DNA of 64,000 bases from Sphaerodactylus townsendi (Eukaryota). The position numbers and the translations under genes were made by a program. The stretch spans positions 24,304,001 through 24,368,000 of the forward strand of contig NC_059425.1 of the NCBI RefSeq assembly GCF_021028975.2, given 5' to 3'. This document shows, in pieces, positions 12,701 through 25,830 of the stretch. Under the pieces are notes generated by a model that saw only the letters and a program-made list of their open reading frames with translations, did not search any database and had not been told where the DNA came from. Position 1 is the stretch's first letter. Each line of letters begins with the position of its first letter.

Positions 12701-15700
12701 GGTCAGTTCTGCTTCTCACTAAACCCCCTTTTCCCCTTGGCAGGGCTCCATGCCATGTGGATCACAGCACTGGTGGTGGGGGTCGGCATGGCTGCAGGGC
12801 TGCGCCTCAGTTACATACATGACCATTTATTGCAACTTGCCTTCTCTGCATCTGTTATTGCTTTTGGGCTCAGCGTCCTCCTCTACATCAAAGCCCTGCT
12901 TGCTCCTGGGACCGCGCTGGCTCCAGGTGGGAATTCAGGTGAGCTCTACGTTCCACAGCATCTCATGTGTCAGTTCAAGGGACAGAAGTGTCCACATGAA
13001 CTCCAACTGGAAACACATACTTCTCTGCATCGCACTCAGCAAACAATCGCCTGCTGGTGATCCCTGGCCCAAAAAAGGTCCAGCTGACCTCAGCCAAGGC
13101 CAGGGCATTTTCAGCCTTGGACACACAGCCTGGTGGAACTCTCTGTCAGATGAGAACTCAAGGGCAGTAGAATGCAAAGGAACCAGAGAGGTGTAGTCAT
13201 TAAGAGCAGGTGGTCTCTAACGTGGAGAACTAGGTTTGATTCCCCACTCCTTCATGTGAACAGCAGAGTCCGATCTGGTGAACTGGATTTGTTTCCTAAC
13301 TCTTCCACATGAAGCCTGCTGAGTGACCTTGGGCTAGTCACAATTCTCTCTCTTCAGCCCCGCCTACCTCACAAGGTGTCTATTGAAGGGAGAGGAAGGG
13401 AAGGAGTTTGTAAGCTGCTTTAAAACTCCTTAGAGTTGAGAAAGGTGGGGTCTAAAACGAAACTCTTCTTTGCCATTTCTATGCAGAGTCAAATATACAC
13501 GGGAAAAGAACAGAGCAACTCTTTCACTATAGCAATGTTTTCTTGCTCTGCAGACTTAATGCGATTCATTGGAATCTTAATGCGATTCATTGCATTAATG
13601 CGATTCACTGCAGATTTAATGCGATTCATTGGAAATGACATCTCCATTCTCCGGTGTGCCCAAATGCAGAATAACTGAATTTGCTAATGAATTTCTCATT
13701 TTGTGGTTTCACATTGGGGCCTCTCTTCTGAAGCGCATGTGTGCTTGATTTTGATACACAGAGTCTTGGAGGGCTGCAGCAGGATTTCCTGGGAGCCTGA
13801 AATGTTCTCCTTGTTTTTGAGAAGAATCCCCTTCTGCTCACATTTTCTCATTCCATGGGGACAACAAAAAAAAACCCTGCCAAGATTGCTAAATTAGAAG
13901 TGCACTGAAGCATTGTTGATCACCAGGGTTTTTTCTGCCTTTCCCTCCCCAGGAAACCCCATTTATGACTTCTTCATGGGCCATGAGCTGAACCCCCGCG
14001 TTGGTACCTTTGACCTCAAGTTTTTCTGTGAGCTGCGCCCAGGTCTCCTTGGCTGGGTAGGTATCTCTGTCCTGGAGGTGGTAGAAGAAAAAGCGGGAGG
14101 GCTTATATAACGAAGGGATGATTCACCTATTGCAGGGGTCTGCAACCTGCGGCTCTCCAGATGTTCATGGACTACAAATCCCATCAAGCCCTGCCCTTGC
14201 ATGGCCAATGCTGGCGGATGCTGGCATGATAGAATTGATAGATTATGATCCATGGTTGCTGAGAAACCGCCAGGTGAACCTCGAACTGCTGTGCAGCCTC
14301 CCCTTGTCCCATGTGGCTACCCTCAGGACTTTGGACCAGGAATCCACTGCCCTCAGGACTTTGGACCAGGAATCCTGCCCCCACCCCAGGATATATGGCC
14401 CATGCAGAAAGGGCCTTAGTTTTGATGGTGCAAAACTGAAAAGTGTGTAACTTGGGTTTTAAAAAAACCTCCACTGCTTTGAAATAATGAAAAACACGAT
14501 CTCTTTGCTAAAGCCTTTGGGGTGTTAATTGAACAATGCAATAGTGCACTGAAGTGTGTTCTTGTTAAATTGCCAACAGTTGCTTTACTTAAATTTGCTG
14601 TGAAGGGTCCTAGGTTCAAGGAATAGCAATCTGGTGATGATGGGAGGGTTGTAGCAGAAAATAAATGGATGAGGAGCGATCAGGGCAGTGACCTAAAAAC
14701 ACCTTATGGTTGAAGCTTTTCTCATTTCTGTTGCATTTTAGGCCCTTATCAACATGGGTATGTTAGTGAAGGAGACGGAGCTGAGGGGTAGTCCTTCCTT
14801 GGCCATGATTCTTGTTAATGGCTTCCAGCTTCTCTATGTAGTAGACTCCTTTTGGAATGAGGTAGGTTCAATGCAATGAGAGATCCATACTGGGCTGGAA
14901 AAGTTTGGTGAAAGTTCATTTGTGGTAATTTCTGTCTCCTCATCCCCCCCAGCCCAATTATTTGTGAAAACATAAAGTTTGAAGGCCTAGGCTGCACTCT
15001 CATTAGTTTCAGAAAAGCCAGGGATTTTACTGGGAGATTGATTGACTGATCAATGGATTATGAGATTTTTATACCCCCCCCTTTTCACGCTCAGGCCGGT
15101 TTCCCACCTCCAATATAACAATATATAATACAATAAATAGTTTAAAACTTACAATGTAAAATATAAGTTTAAAATTGAAATAGCATTGGACTTCTGCAGG
15201 CAATTTGTACATCTATACTTGGTCCCTCTTCCTATTATAAGCTTTAATATTTATATTGGATGAGACTCCAGTAGAGAGGTTAATGAAGAGAAAAGAATAG
15301 GTAAGGTGGAGAAGAAAGAAAGGAAGAAATGTAAGGGGGGGAAGGGAAGAGAAAGGGGGCCCAATGACAGTCATACTGTAGTTGCCTCAACCGTACACCT
15401 GATGGAACAGCTCTGCCTTACAAGCCCTGTGGAATTGCATTAAATCCTACAGGGCTCTGGTCTCCCCACCCAGCATTCCAACAGGTAGGGCCAGGGAGAA
15501 AAAGTCCCCCGACCTTGGAGGAATGAGCAGTCATTGCAAGGACTATCTACTTTGATTGACAACAGCTTCTGGGCAGAAGTCTTTTGTTAACTGGAGATGC
15601 CCCGGATTGAACCTGGGCCCTTCTGAACAGAAAGCAAGTGATTTTCCACTGAGCCACAGTTCCACTCAACATTCCTTGTCTCTTTCTCAAGGAGGCCATC

Positions 15701-18700
15701 CTCACCACCATGGACATAGTTCATGAAGGTTTCGGCTTCATGCTGGCTTTTGGGGACCTGACTTGGGTGCCCTTCCTGTACAGTCTCCAGTCCTACTTCC
15801 TGGTCACTCATCCACAGAAGCTTAGCCTGCCTATGGCTGGAGGCATAATCCTGTTAAATGGTAAGTTGGACTATGAAGACAGAAAGTCCCAGAACTAACA
15901 ATGCCCAAGCATCCAACCAGCAAGTAACAATGCCCAAGCATACAACCAAGCATCCAATCTTGATCCTCCTTGATCTGAGATTGCAAATGCCTTAGCAGAC
16001 CAGGTGCTCAGGAGCAGCAGCAGCCGCAGAAGGCCATTGCTTTCACATACTGCATGTGAGCTCCCAAAGGCACCTGGTGGGCCACTGTGAGTAGCAGAGT
16101 GCTGGACTAGATGGACTCTGGTCTGATCCGGCAGGCTCGCTCTTATATTCTTAAGTGGAGAATAAATATCCCATGGGTCTCTTTTTAGGAACTTTGCCAA
16201 TAGCAGCCATCAAAAGATTCTGACCAATAGACTGCATGCTCCATGATTATATTATTGGATTATAATGAAAACAAGACTACTGCCCAATTAAAGGCCTCTT
16301 TGTCTACTCATATGTTTTAATCACTCAGTTGATGGGAAGGCAGGTTGGTCAAATGGCTGTTAGGCATGATGTCCAGAGGTGGGATCCAATCAGTTCTCAC
16401 CACTTCTCTAGAAGTGGTTACTAATTTTTTCTGAGTGCCGAGAAGGTGTTACTAAAGCAACCTCCCTGCCCAGTAGGGACTGGAGGTGCGGGTGTGCGGC
16501 GGCCCCACTGTTTGAATCCCACCACCATCGGAACCTGTTATTAAAATTTTTGGATCCCGCCACTGATGATGTCTGAATGAAACCTCCATGTTCAAAAGCA
16601 GTGTACCTTTAAATACCAGTTGCAGGGGTGGGTGCAATAGCAAGGGAAGGAGGCGCAGGGTGGCATGGACATTGAGGAGAACTTGCAACTCATATCTGAA
16701 TGAGATGTCCAGATCGAACCTGCAAAATCCGCAATGTGTGAAGCAGTATTGGTTACCGAAAGAGCTGGGTAACCAAAACAAATTTTAAATTGTACACCAT
16801 TAAAAGTAATATTTTGTGAGCTGATCAAAGTACGTAGGCTTCAATATATTTAAATACTTCGCATAGGACCATATTTACCCAAAGATTACTGTGGAATTCA
16901 CATAATCCCCTCCCTTTAATTACTGCATATACTTGTGACTTGTACGCAAATGCAAGATGACCCCTTTATTCTCGATGGTCCTTGTGCGGAAAAAGTTTTC
17001 CTTTTGGAGGAATGGGGGTTTATTTCTGCTGCTGAGGGGCCATTTTTGCCCCTCTTTACAAAAACATTCCCTCAGGATATTCATGTCTGTTCCCACTTTA
17101 CCCCTCTCCTCCTGCTCTAGGCCTCGGCTACACTATCTTTCGCAGTGCTAACTCCCAGAAGAACACTTTCCGCCGGAATCCTGCTGACCCCAAAGTAGCT
17201 GGTTTGTAACTCTGACAGCTGGTTTCTGTTTATTGTTTGCCAGGTGCAGGACAGAACACAGCACGCTTTCCTAAGAGACAACTTGTCTGCCCCTCATGCA
17301 GTGTAATAAAACTTTAATATAGCATGTAATAGAGGAATGAGAAAGCCAGTGAAGTGAAGTGGTTAAGAGTGGAAGACTCTCATCTGGAGAACTGGGTTTG
17401 ATTCCCCACTCCTCCACATGAAGCCTGCTGGGTGACCTTGGGCCAGTCAAGTTCTCTCAGAACTCATTCAACTGCATGGAGGTAGGCAATTGTAAACCAC
17501 CTCTGAATGGCTCTCACCTTGAAAACCCTATGGGGTCACCATACGTTAGCTCCGTTGACAGCATTTCCCACTACTAATAGAGGAGAGTGCTGATCTGTTA
17601 CATACAGGTAACTGTCTTTAGTTTGACAGTTATTCAGCTCAGAGGACAAGTGGTGAATTGCCATTTGTCTGTGCCTTTGAACGAAATATGCACTATTTCC
17701 TGAAGTTGGCTAATGAGAAATGTACGACTTCAAAGCCAAGTTTCTCAGGTCCCTGATTCTTTTAAACAGAGGCAGCAGGATCAAAGCTGGAATCTTCTGC
17801 ATTAAAAGTGTGCTGCAGGGCTTAAAGTATTGGACTCAGACGTGGGAGATTCAGGTTCAAATCCCCACGCAGCCATGGAAGCTTGCTAAGTGACTCTGGC
17901 CCAGCCAGACACTGTCAGCCTAACCTAGCTCACAGGGTTGTTATGCAGATACATTTGGGGAGGGAAGAAAAATGCTTTAAGCTGTTCTGGGTCTCCATTG
18001 AGGAGAAAAGTCTGCATCTGAGCTATGGCCCCTTTCCTAAAAGAGTATTAAGGCCTTTTGCTCTGGAATTCTCAATTGTGGAAGTCTCACTTTCAAAAGG
18101 ATATAGACAGATTAAGATAATTGGGGCCTGAAGACCAGGCCCTATGAGGAAAAGCTGAGGGATTTGGGAAGGTTCAGTCTGGAAAAGAGAAGATTGAAGG
18201 GGAACATGATTACTATCTTTAAGTATTTGAACAGCTGTCACTTAGAGGAGGGCAGGGAGCTGTTCCTGTTGGCTGCAGAGAATAGGAATTGCAATGATGG
18301 GTATAAATTCTGGGTGGAAAGGGACTGGTTCAATATTAGGGGAAATTATTTACAGTAAGAATAGCTCAGCAGTGGAATTGGCTGCTTAGGAAGGTGGTGA
18401 GCTGCCCCTCACTGGCAGTCTTCAAGCAGTAGCTGGACGAGGGATCTGCAACCTGTGGCTCTGGACTACAATTCCCATCAGCCCCTGCCACCATGACCAA
18501 TTGGCTACGGTGGCGGGGGCTGATGGGAACTGTAGTACATGAATATCTGGAGAGCCACAGGTTGCAGACCCCTGAGCTGGACAAACATTCATCAGGGATG
18601 CTTTAGGCTGGTCTTGCATTGAGCAGGGGGTTGGACTAGATGGCCTGTATGGCCCCTTCTAACTCTGTAATTCTGTGCTAAGATTTTTGGTGAAATGATT

Positions 18701-20458
18701 CTAAAATGTTAGCATCTATAAACGTGCTTTATGCTGAGTTGAAGCAATCCTATTGCAGACAGTTAGGATTATTTGACTGGTCTCCTGGCTGGCTAGATAT
18801 TTGAAAAGCTTCTGTTTTTGTGTTGGGAGTGGAGGCTGTTGGATTTGTGGTCATGCACAATTTCAGTGAAACCCCGGCCAAGTTTGGAAAGTGTCAATAC
18901 TTTTCTGTGTTCCAGGGCTCAGAACCATCCCCACAGCCACCGGGCGGCGCCTGCTGGTGTCAGGGTGGTGGGGGTTTGTGCGGCATCCCAACTATTTGGG
19001 GGACCTCATCATGGCTTTTTCTTGGTCCCTGCCCTGTGGTAAGTGGAAATCAGAAAGCTCTAGAAATCTGCTAAAGCAGGGTAATCACTGCGGTGTAATG
19101 GACCCAGGTTCTAACTCCACTGTGCCATAGAAGCTTGGTGGACGACCTTGGCCCAGCTGCATGCTCTCAGCCTAACCTAAAAATAAACAAGACCTCACAG
19201 GGTTGTTGTTTCTGAGGATCAAATGGAGGAGGGTGGAACATAAGTATAATCTGCCTTAGATCCCTTCTCCAGTTCCTTTTTTAACAATCCTAAAGAGTGT
19301 TACTCCATCTAAGCCAGGGGTAGGGAACCTGCGGCTCTCCAGATGTTCAGGAACTACAATTCCCATCAGCCCCTACCAGCATGGCCAATGGTTCTCCTGA
19401 ACATCTGGAGAGCCGCAGGTTCCCTACCCCTGATCTAAGCCCATTAATTTCAATTGAACGGTTAATAATTGTACCAAAAGTCGGGTATGTCTAAATTTAT
19501 ACCCTATTTGTACTCTTGAGAGTCATCGTGGTGTAGTGGTTAAGAGCAGGTGCACTCTAATCTGGAGAACCGGGTTTGATTCCCCACTCTGCCACTTGAG
19601 CTGTGGAGGCTTATGTGGAGAACTAGATTAGCTTGTGCACTCCAACACACACCAGCTTCCCTGTCTTCCTCCTCTCATTTATTTATTTTATTCTTTACAT
19701 TTGTAATCCGCCCTCCCCCACAGGGCTCAGGGTGGCAAACAACCAACAATGATAATAAAACAATAAAACAACTTCAGCCCCCCGATCTAAAAAAAAAAAT
19801 GCTGTTGCTGGGAATTGAGGACCCTTTGGAATGTCACGAGGGGGAGAGTCTGCAGCAGAAGGCAAGAGTAGGTAGAAATTTCCAATTTAATCTGGATCTA
19901 ACCTATTGTTAATTGTTCCCAATAGCTTTTTAAAAATTCCTGAGTGCTCAGACATACTTCTGACAGGTTGCAATTTAACATGTTGTTTATCTAGGAATGT
20001 CATTCTTAGAGCCTTTCCCTTTCCTTATTACATTTTATATCCCACCCTGTTATACTAGAGCCATGGTGGCGAACCTTTGGCACTCCAGATGTAATGGACT
20101 ACAATTCCCAGCAGCCCCTGGCCATGCTGGCAGGGGCTGCTGGGAATTGTAGTCCATTACATGCTGGCAGAGAACTACTAAAATATGATCAGTATCCTCA
20201 GATGGAACCGCCACCATAATCTAAATAATGGTGGAGATCCCACCAGTTGTTCCTATCTTCTCTCTCTACTTTCAGTGCAACATAACTTTTCTCAGAGTGT
20301 CGGCTACATCATGCCCTTATTTCTACATCCTCTACTTTACTGTGCTTCTGGTCCACCGGGAGGCCAGGGACGAGCACCAGTGCCTGAGGAAATATGGCCT
20401 GGCCTGGCAGGAGTATTGCCGCAGAGTCCCTTACCGGATCTTCCCATACCTCTACTGA
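9764..20458 (+). CDS. TM7SF2: Delta(14)-sterol reductase TM7SF2, about 419 aa; coding exons 9764-9818, 9936-10132, 11183-11237, 12744-12938, 13953-14056, 14742-14861, 15692-15860, 17121-17201, 18916-19038, ~20297-20458
   Basis: ERG4/ERG24 motifs [96 protein letters not shown] sites have consistent phases, there is no N-terminal Tudor domain (so not LBR), and the gene is next to ZNHIT2. The start of the last exon has apparent indel noise. Confidence 0.95.
10390..10540. repeat. Polypyrimidine low-complexity tract
   Basis: Almost pure C/T for about 150 nt in a TM7SF2 intron. Confidence 0.7.
10917..10960 (-). ncRNA. Minimal hammerhead ribozyme copy with altered stem III
   Basis: Reverse complement reads atcctCTGAAGAtgcc...ggcGAAActtcagga; ACGT is changed to ACTT. 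Confidence 0.55.
10984..11026 (+). ncRNA. Minimal type I hammerhead ribozyme
   Basis: TCCT-CTGAAGA-T-GCC[loop]GGT-GAAA-CG-TC-AGGA: stem I TCCT/AGGA, core CUGANGA and GAAA, palindromic ACGU stem III, GUC cleavage site. Confidence 0.75.
12121..12524. mobile_element. hAT-type non-autonomous DNA transposon (same family as 1762-2234)
   Basis: TIRs cagggatggcgaacc / ggttcgccaccgctg; 8-bp TSD gtctatcc. Confidence 0.85.
13188..13470 (+). mobile_element. tRNA-derived squamate SINE (Squam3-like)
   Basis: A/B-box-like head ggtgtagtcattaagagc...ggtttgattcccc; body gtgaccttgggctagtcac...cctacctcacaaggtg; ctctt tail. Confidence 0.7.
13555..13632. repeat. Short tandem repeat, about 4 copies of ttaatgcgattca(t/c)tg
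   Basis: Directly visible units of about 18-21 bp. Confidence 0.85.
14320..14376. repeat. Tandem duplication with 30-bp period
   Basis: ccctcaggactttggaccaggaatcc occurs twice. Confidence 0.85.
15955..16153 (+). mobile_element. CR1 LINE 3' end fragment
   Basis: Reverse complement of the 3' end of the CR1 copy at 43051-43250. Confidence 0.8.
16374..16565. mobile_element. hAT-type MITE
   Basis: TIRs cagaggtgggatcc / ggatcccgccactg; 8-bp TSD atgatgtc. Confidence 0.85.
17340..17570 (+). mobile_element. tRNA-derived SINE
   Basis: agtggttaagagt...ggtttgattccccactcctccacatgaagcctgctgggtgaccttggg. Confidence 0.65.
18125..18677 (+). mobile_element. CR1 3' fragment interrupted by a hAT MITE (~18440-18573)
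   Basis: Translates to [21 protein letters not shown] (CR1 ORF2 C-terminus); ends ctaactctgtaattctgtg. Confidence 0.8.
19315..19432. mobile_element. hAT-type MITE
   Basis: Long TIRs caggggtagggaacctgcggctctccagatgttcagga; 8-bp TSD atctaagc. Confidence 0.9.
19519..19660 (+). mobile_element. tRNA-derived SINE, 5' part
   Basis: tggtgtagtggttaagagc (A box) and ggtttgattcccc (B box). Confidence 0.7.
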
Positions 20459-22730
20459 GTCGTTTCTTGGCTGGCTATCCTTCTAATCACACTGACATAC
20501 ATCCGTCAGCTTTTTTTCCTTACGGCTATGGGGAAGTTCATGCCCAAACAGCCTGGTTGGCTAAGGCAGACAGGTGCTACTGTCCTTGCAGAGTCTCACA
20601 GCAGCCTGGTACAACCTCTGCCAGTCTGTTACCGGAATCAGAGGGTTTACAGTTTTCTGGGGACTGAAAGACCATTGCCCTCAAAACCAACATGGCTTAC
20701 TTCTCCAATGGGGAAATCCACTCATTTCCTGGTCAGAACCGGTGACGTTACTTTCATCTGGAGACTACCATTTTAAAAAAAAACAAAATCTTATGTACAG
20801 ATCTAATCCACGGATGCTTATGGACAGGGCTGGGCAGACCCTATGCTCATTACAAAATATTCTAATTGTATAAAGAACCACATTCTATAACTGGAATTAA
20901 TGATGCAAATTCATTCGTTTTTATATCATTGGGTCTGCTTCTGGAACCCCAGAACAAGGCTGTCTGCTGAAGAACCAGACAATGCCACAAGTCTTTCCCT
21001 GGCTTCTTTCGGTCTTGTAAGACTTCACAAGGTATCCGTTTGCAAGCTCTGAACCAGAAGGAAACTTCCTTTACGTTATAAAATGAAATAAAAGCTTCCC
21101 AGGATGTACATTTTCTGCAGCAGATACCAATCAAGCTGTGTATGAAGTCACGAAGTCTTATGACTTTTAAGTTAGGAGAGTAGAACCATGCCACAGCTTT
21201 TCAGTGAGAAAAGAAACCACTCAAAAATCTGGCGAGTGTTGGTTTAAGCTTCATGTTGGGGGACTGGATTTTAGCTTCTAGCAAGCATCAATTTTGATAA
21301 TGCAACTCGTCTCAGCTATCATGTGTTTTTAACATTCAAGTGCTCCGTTTCCTAGCTGTTCTCAGAAGGCAAGTAAGACATTTATGCAACGTCTGAATCC
21401 ATCCTGATCAGTGGGGAAAAAAAAGATTTTTTAAACTTATACTGTTTTCAAAATGATTTGCCAAGTTTTCCAGAAAATTTATTTGCAGAAAATAGATGCC
21501 ATTTTATTTTAACCCCCGAGTGGAGGCTTACTTACGCATGTAAGAAACTCATTGCTCCCAAAAAATATACTGAAGGAACAGTGGGGGAAGAATCTCAAAA
21601 TAATGTTTGGATTCACGGCACAACAGTTTTTTGGCAGAACAGAAACTAAGTCAAACATGACCTGGAGTGAAGATCAAATAGGGTTTGTATACTTACTAGA
21701 GCCAGGCTGGGTTAGGAATAACAGGCTTATTACCCTGGAAGTTTTTGAGAAGGGAGGTTGAGTAGTATTTATTTGAATAAAATTTATTAAAATGCTTCAG
21801 CCCAGATGCAGTGAAGTCTATTTTTTTTCCCTGAAATCACTTTAGCCAATAATGTTATTGGGAGGGGAAGTAGACAGTGAAGGGAGATATCCCTCTTCAC
21901 ACAGCAAGAATGACGACTCAAGTTCAATATTGCACATTGGTAAAGACTTTCCTCTGGTTGCTTTTCCATCTGCTGTGCAATAGTGTGCTCTCTGCTGATT
22001 TTAAAACCAACAATAATTTAAAGTTTGAATTATTTATATGATTTTAATAGTGAGCTATGAATAGAACCCATGTGTTTGGAAGAAGCCTACCAACCAAGTG
22101 TGCTGAGGAACCAAACACAGAGCTTCTCAAGAGTATTTTTGGCTTCTTTGGGGACATGGGCAGTTCTGAGGTTTTCTTTCCACAGTCCCATTTTAGACTG
22201 AAAGCTCTTCAAAGCAGGGGCTGATTCAAACCATCAGGAAAAAAAATACACCAATGCTATTTGGCTGGTTTTAAGGGTTCAAGTGAGAAAGGGAAGGGAA
22301 GGCGATCGTGAGCCTCTTTAAAAGGTAGAGAAAATCAGGGTCTAAAAAGCCCTCTTCATTATTTGAACACCACTCACTGAGTGTACTCTTGATACATTTA
22401 CTAATCTCTCACAATTGGAGTGGTTTGATTAGGTTAAAAGAAATCCCAAAAGAAAACAGGCAGTTTAGCAAGCAAGCTGAAATGTTATCACAGTCTCCAA
22501 CTTCTCAAAACGCCAGACACCCTCTGATTCAAAATATTCCCTTCCCTGGAAGAGAACTAATCTGTTCCAGTTGGAGCTGATCTGTGCTTGCGACTAATCC
22601 AGAATTTACCCTGATGCACAGGAATTTTAGTCTGTTTCCTGCTCAAACCCTAATCCGATCTCCAGCAGGGAGAATCTACTCTCCACCCAAGGTAGCTGGT
22701 GCACCAGTTCCAAGACTCCAGTCTAGCCTT

Positions 22731-24010
22731 TCAATCCAATTCTTCTATCAAGGTCTTTTTTTGGGGGGAGGCACTTTGGCCCCCCACATCTTCTCCAGCT
22801 CCTGGGTGACTGCTCCCACCTCCTTGATCGCATCCAGGTGGGCCTTGTATTCTCTCTGCACCTCCAAAGCCAGGAGGGTGAGCTCCCCTTCATTGTCGTT
22901 CACCCAGGACAAAAGAAAGTCGCACTTTTTCTTTGCAGAGAACAGCCTGGGTTGATCCTGGGCAGGCACCCGCCTCTTCCCCTTGCTCAGCAGCCGGGAT
23001 AGATGGGCGAGGGCGGCTAAGCTGTACCCCTTTTGCTTGGCTTGGCATTCTCCCATTAAGATCTGGGCCACTGCTGCCATCACCCCGGCGTTCCCCAGGA
23101 GGCATTCGGGGTATCGCCCGCGCGGTAACTTAGCCTGCAAGAGCCGCTTGTAAGGCCTCCCGCCGTGAGATCCGAAGCCCTGCCCTTTAGGGCCCCAGAG
23201 ACTGAGAGGGTCCAGAACCGTTTCACAAAACTCAGGCAGCAGCTGGGCCTCTTCCACGTCGCCGTTGTAAAGCGCCAGGGAATAGGCATAGGCGCACAGC
23301 ACGTTGGGCACCTGGAAGCGCACCAGGGGTGAGACGGGCAAACGGGTCAAGCTGCTCAGAGGAGGGATGGTAGTGGGCACCGGAGGCGCTGAGGTCGAGG
23401 CACCCGCCGGCTGTGCAGGGTTTGGACCACTTGCAGGGATCTCTTGCAAATGCACCGGAGTCTGAGCGTGTTGCACGGCTGCAGTGCCCTGGGAGGATTC
23501 CGGTTGTTGCAAAGGGGCGTGGAGGGTCCCGGGCCCTGTAGGGGCCTCCCCCAATTCTTGAATCAGCATTGCACCCCGGTCGCTCCCCGTCCACCATGGC
23601 TTCCAAAGGGGCAGGAGAGACGAGATCTCCCCACTGTCCAGCAATCGCTGGAAACGCTTTCTTTGCTCCAGGCTCAGCTGCTCCCACAGCTCCTCGAGTT
23701 CTGTCTGCTCCAAACTGGGGTCGAGGCCTAGCTGGAGATCCGCATCCCCGGGCTCGCGCAACTCCTGCAGCCTAAGAAGGGCCTCCCTCAAGCGGCGTTG
23801 CGAGGCCGGGTCCTCCCGCTGACCCTGGAGCAGGAGTTGCAACTCCCGGCGCTGAAAGTCCTGGGCGCAGGAGCCGTGTTCGCGGTAGCAAGGCACGGAG
23901 CAAAAAAAACGTAGAGTGGCAGCGTGCTGGGCAGAGTGTGAGGGGACTACCTTAGCCAGGCACAGCCCGCAGCAAGGGTCATCACCGGGATTCGAACCGG
24001 CGGCTTCCAT
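22731..24010 (-). CDS. ZNHIT2: Zinc finger HIT domain-containing protein 2 (single coding exon)
   Basis: ATG at 24010 (MEAAGSNPGDDPCCGLC...FCSVPCYREHGSCAQDF); motifs LLPLWKPWW, SPLVRFQVPNVLCAYAYSLALYNGD, KKCDFLLSWVN. Removing one A from a homopolymer restores the C-terminus KKTLIEELD* with the stop at 22731. Located between TM7SF2 and FAU. Confidence 0.92.
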
Positions 24011-24314
24011 GCTCCGTAACAGACGGCCGGGAGAGTTCGGGGATTTCCGCCAATTGTCGGTTAAGTCCGTCTCTGAAAACGATGAATTGGTAATTTCCGT
24101 CTTGCCTTCGTTTTTACCCGGACTGAGTGCCGGTGCGTTTGTCAGGCCTAGTGGTGAATCACAGCGGGCTAGTTGAAGGCTAATTGAGGCCGGTGCCCTG
24201 GCAGGGAACCTGGGACGCTCGAGTGTCGTTCGGCGCAAACTTTGGCAGTTGTTAATCGGTCGCTTTGTTGTGGCGTCATTTTGAGGCAGAACGCGCTACA
24301 AAGCTCACTTCCAA

Positions 24315-25830
24315 CCATAGAATTCGCATAGAGGTTGGAAAGAGACCCACGGGCTATCAGAGTCCAACCCCACCTGCAATGTACGGGAACACGCAATCAA
24401 AGCACTCCCAACATATGCTCATCCAGCCTCTGTTTAAAAACCTCCAGAGAAGGACTCCACAACTCTCCCAGGCAGTGAATTCCACTGTCGAACAGCCCTG
24501 ACGATCAGGAAGTTTTTCCTAATGTTTAGGTGGAATCTCTTTTCCTTCACCTTGAGATCCGTTATAGCTCATGTCCTAGTCTACTGAGGCAGCAGAAAAC
24601 GAAGCTTGCTCCCTCTTCGGGCAACATGACATCCCTTCAAATATTTAAACATGGGTGTCATGTCACCCCTTATACCCTCGCTTCTCCCAGACTCAAACAT
24701 CCCCAGCTCCCTAAGCCTGCCTCTACTTTTGTAGGGCATGGACTCCAGACCTTTGCCTACCATTTTGGTTGCTCTCCTCTGGGGACCCATCTCAGCCGGT
24801 CAATATTCTCTCCTGAAACTGTGGTGCCCCAGAACTGGTACACAATATTCCAGGTGGAGATCTAACCAATGCAAGAATAGAGAGGAGTACAATTACATCC
24901 CTTGATCTTGACACTATACTCCTATTGATACAACCCAGAATCGCATTGGCTTTCTTTGGCTGCTGCATCCTCTGCCTGCTGAAGCTCATATGTTGGATTT
25001 ATGAATACTAAGACTCCCCAGATCCCGCTTTCAAAGCCGTTTGTCAAAGCCGGAGGTACCCATCCTATATCTGTGCATTTCATTTTTTATTGCCTAAAGT
25101 GTAGTATCTTACATTTTATCTCTGTTGGGGAAACTCATTTTGTTTGTTTTAGCCCAGCTGTCCCCTGAAATCTGTCCAAGGTCATTTTGAATTTTGACCC
25201 TGCGCCTCCTGGTGTATTACCTACCCCTCCTAATTTGGTGTCATCTGCAAAATTTTATTAGCATGTCCTCTATTCCATTATCAGAAGTCGTTGGTGATAA
25301 AATATTACTGAATTGCGTTGGGCCGGGGCCGCACAACCCTGTGGCACCCATTAGTCACTTCTTTCTAGGATGAAGATAAGCCGATTAAATTAGCACCCTT
25401 GGGATTCAATCAGACAACCAGTTAGAAATCCATCTAATAGTGAAAAGCGTTGTCTAGTTCACATTTCACTAGATTTATTTGTAGAGAATATCTTATGGGG
25501 TTACCTTGTCCAAAGAAACTTCTACTAAAATCCAGGTATGCTACATCCACAGCATTCCACTTGCGGTCTACCTGAAGCTTGTCACTTTATTCCCATTGTA
25601 AGTTCGGTACTGTGGAATGACCCGTCTGCGATCTAACCTAGAATCTTCCCTGGTATTATTGAGTGTCAAGACTGACTGGGTGATGAGTATTCTGGTCCTC
25701 CCTTTTTTTTCCCTTTTTTTTTTGAAGAGTGGGGATAGCAGTAGCCCTCCCTCCGACTGGGACTTCTCTCATGTTCATAAAGACTATACTTGGCAAAGTG
25801 GTTCCTGAGAGATTACTTCTGCCATTTCTT
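24315..25830 (-). mobile_element. CR1 LINE fragment (RT region to 3' end), heavily indel-disrupted
   Basis: Translated pieces KKANAILGCINRSIVSRSRDVIV and RRATKMV.GLES.PY..RLRELGMF; 3' end catagaat at about 24317. Confidence 0.85.

Noticed and set aside
13555-13632. CRISPR-like short repeats
   Set aside because: Contiguous tandem units without unique spacers, in a vertebrate intron
19519-19600. Possible tRNA gene
   Set aside because: The A/B boxes belong to a SINE head repeated many times in the window; no full cloverleaf
24011-24238. 77-aa N-terminal extension of ZNHIT2 in the ORF track
   Set aside because: Starts at a non-ATG codon in the GC-rich promoter; similarity begins after ATG 24010
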